A stretch of 60,595 bases of DNA, the filler included. It is 3 parts of 3 records of this genome, joined end to end, with 100 filler letters (N's around TTAATTAATTAA, not from the genome) between each part and the next. Parts side by side here need not be neighbours in the genome. Positions count along the whole stretch, not along the records: positions 29,351 to 60,595 come from SRR2962707_1611; 2 more parts are not named here. One strand, 5' to 3'. The first letter of the stretch is position 1, and each line of letters starts with the position of its first letter. Of this stretch, positions 60,493 to 60,595 are shown in pieces. The notes below the pieces were generated by a model. It was given only the letters and a program-made list of their open reading frames with translations, did no database searches and had not been told where the DNA came from. The position numbers were made by a program, and so were the translations under genes.

Positions 60493-60595
60493 TCAACGCT
60501 CCTTCAGCGCATGGGCGATCTGGTCGCGCACCGGTTTGACCAGGTAGGACAGAACGGTGCGGTCATCGGTCTTGAGGAAGGCCTCGACGGGCATG
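60493..60595 (-). CDS. HlyD-family type I secretion adaptor, 3' end (cut by window end)
   Basis: MPVEAFLKTDDRTVLSYLVKPVRDQIAHALKER* is typical of the AprE/PrsE C-terminus; not in the supplied ORF track. Confidence 0.85.
   Translation of the reverse strand, partial: MPVEAFLKTDDRTVLSYLVKPVRDQIAHALKER

Overview
Three draft-assembly contigs joined by artificial N-TTAATTAATTAA-N linkers (12093-12192, 29251-29350), so adjacency across the gaps is not evidence. Contig 1 (1-12092) is a Rhodobacteraceae/roseobacter-type dcw cluster (rsmH-ftsL-ftsI-murE-murF-mraY-murD-ftsW-murG). Two minus-strand genes sit between murD and ftsW. Contig 2 (12193-29250) is ordinary core genome: SLC13 permeases, ymdB, 5-FCL, mgtE, guaD, 8-oxoguanine deaminase, hisN-like, LysR, yccA, rpmG and the RNase P RNA. 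Contig 3 (29351-60595) is accessory. About 25 kb of it is a nitrogen-scavenging island with four sigma-54 promoters and a shared GTATAC GntR-type box. It encodes a recognisable triuret/biuret/carboxybiuret/allophanate lower pathway (trtA, biuH, atzG-atzE, atzH, atzF), with no cyanuric acid hydrolase visible. It also carries unassigned enzymes: formamidase, a COG0212/MTHFSD-type cyclo-ligase paralog, a 2OG-Fe(II) oxygenase, three metal-dependent amidohydrolases (one with substituted catalytic residues), a DUF1989 protein with a ribbon-helix-helix-like tail plus a tiny RHH-like partner, and a flavin reductase. These look like an undescribed upper pathway feeding oxidised-purine, triazine or N-formyl-ureide nitrogen into it (inference). 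The island ends at an IS6 remnant fused to a truncated tyrosine integrase. A phage-satellite-like module follows (AlpA, primase-helicase, iteron-rich inverted-repeat origin), then decayed gene fragments and the 3' end of a type I secretion adaptor gene. All calls rest on motif recognition by eye; no searches were run.
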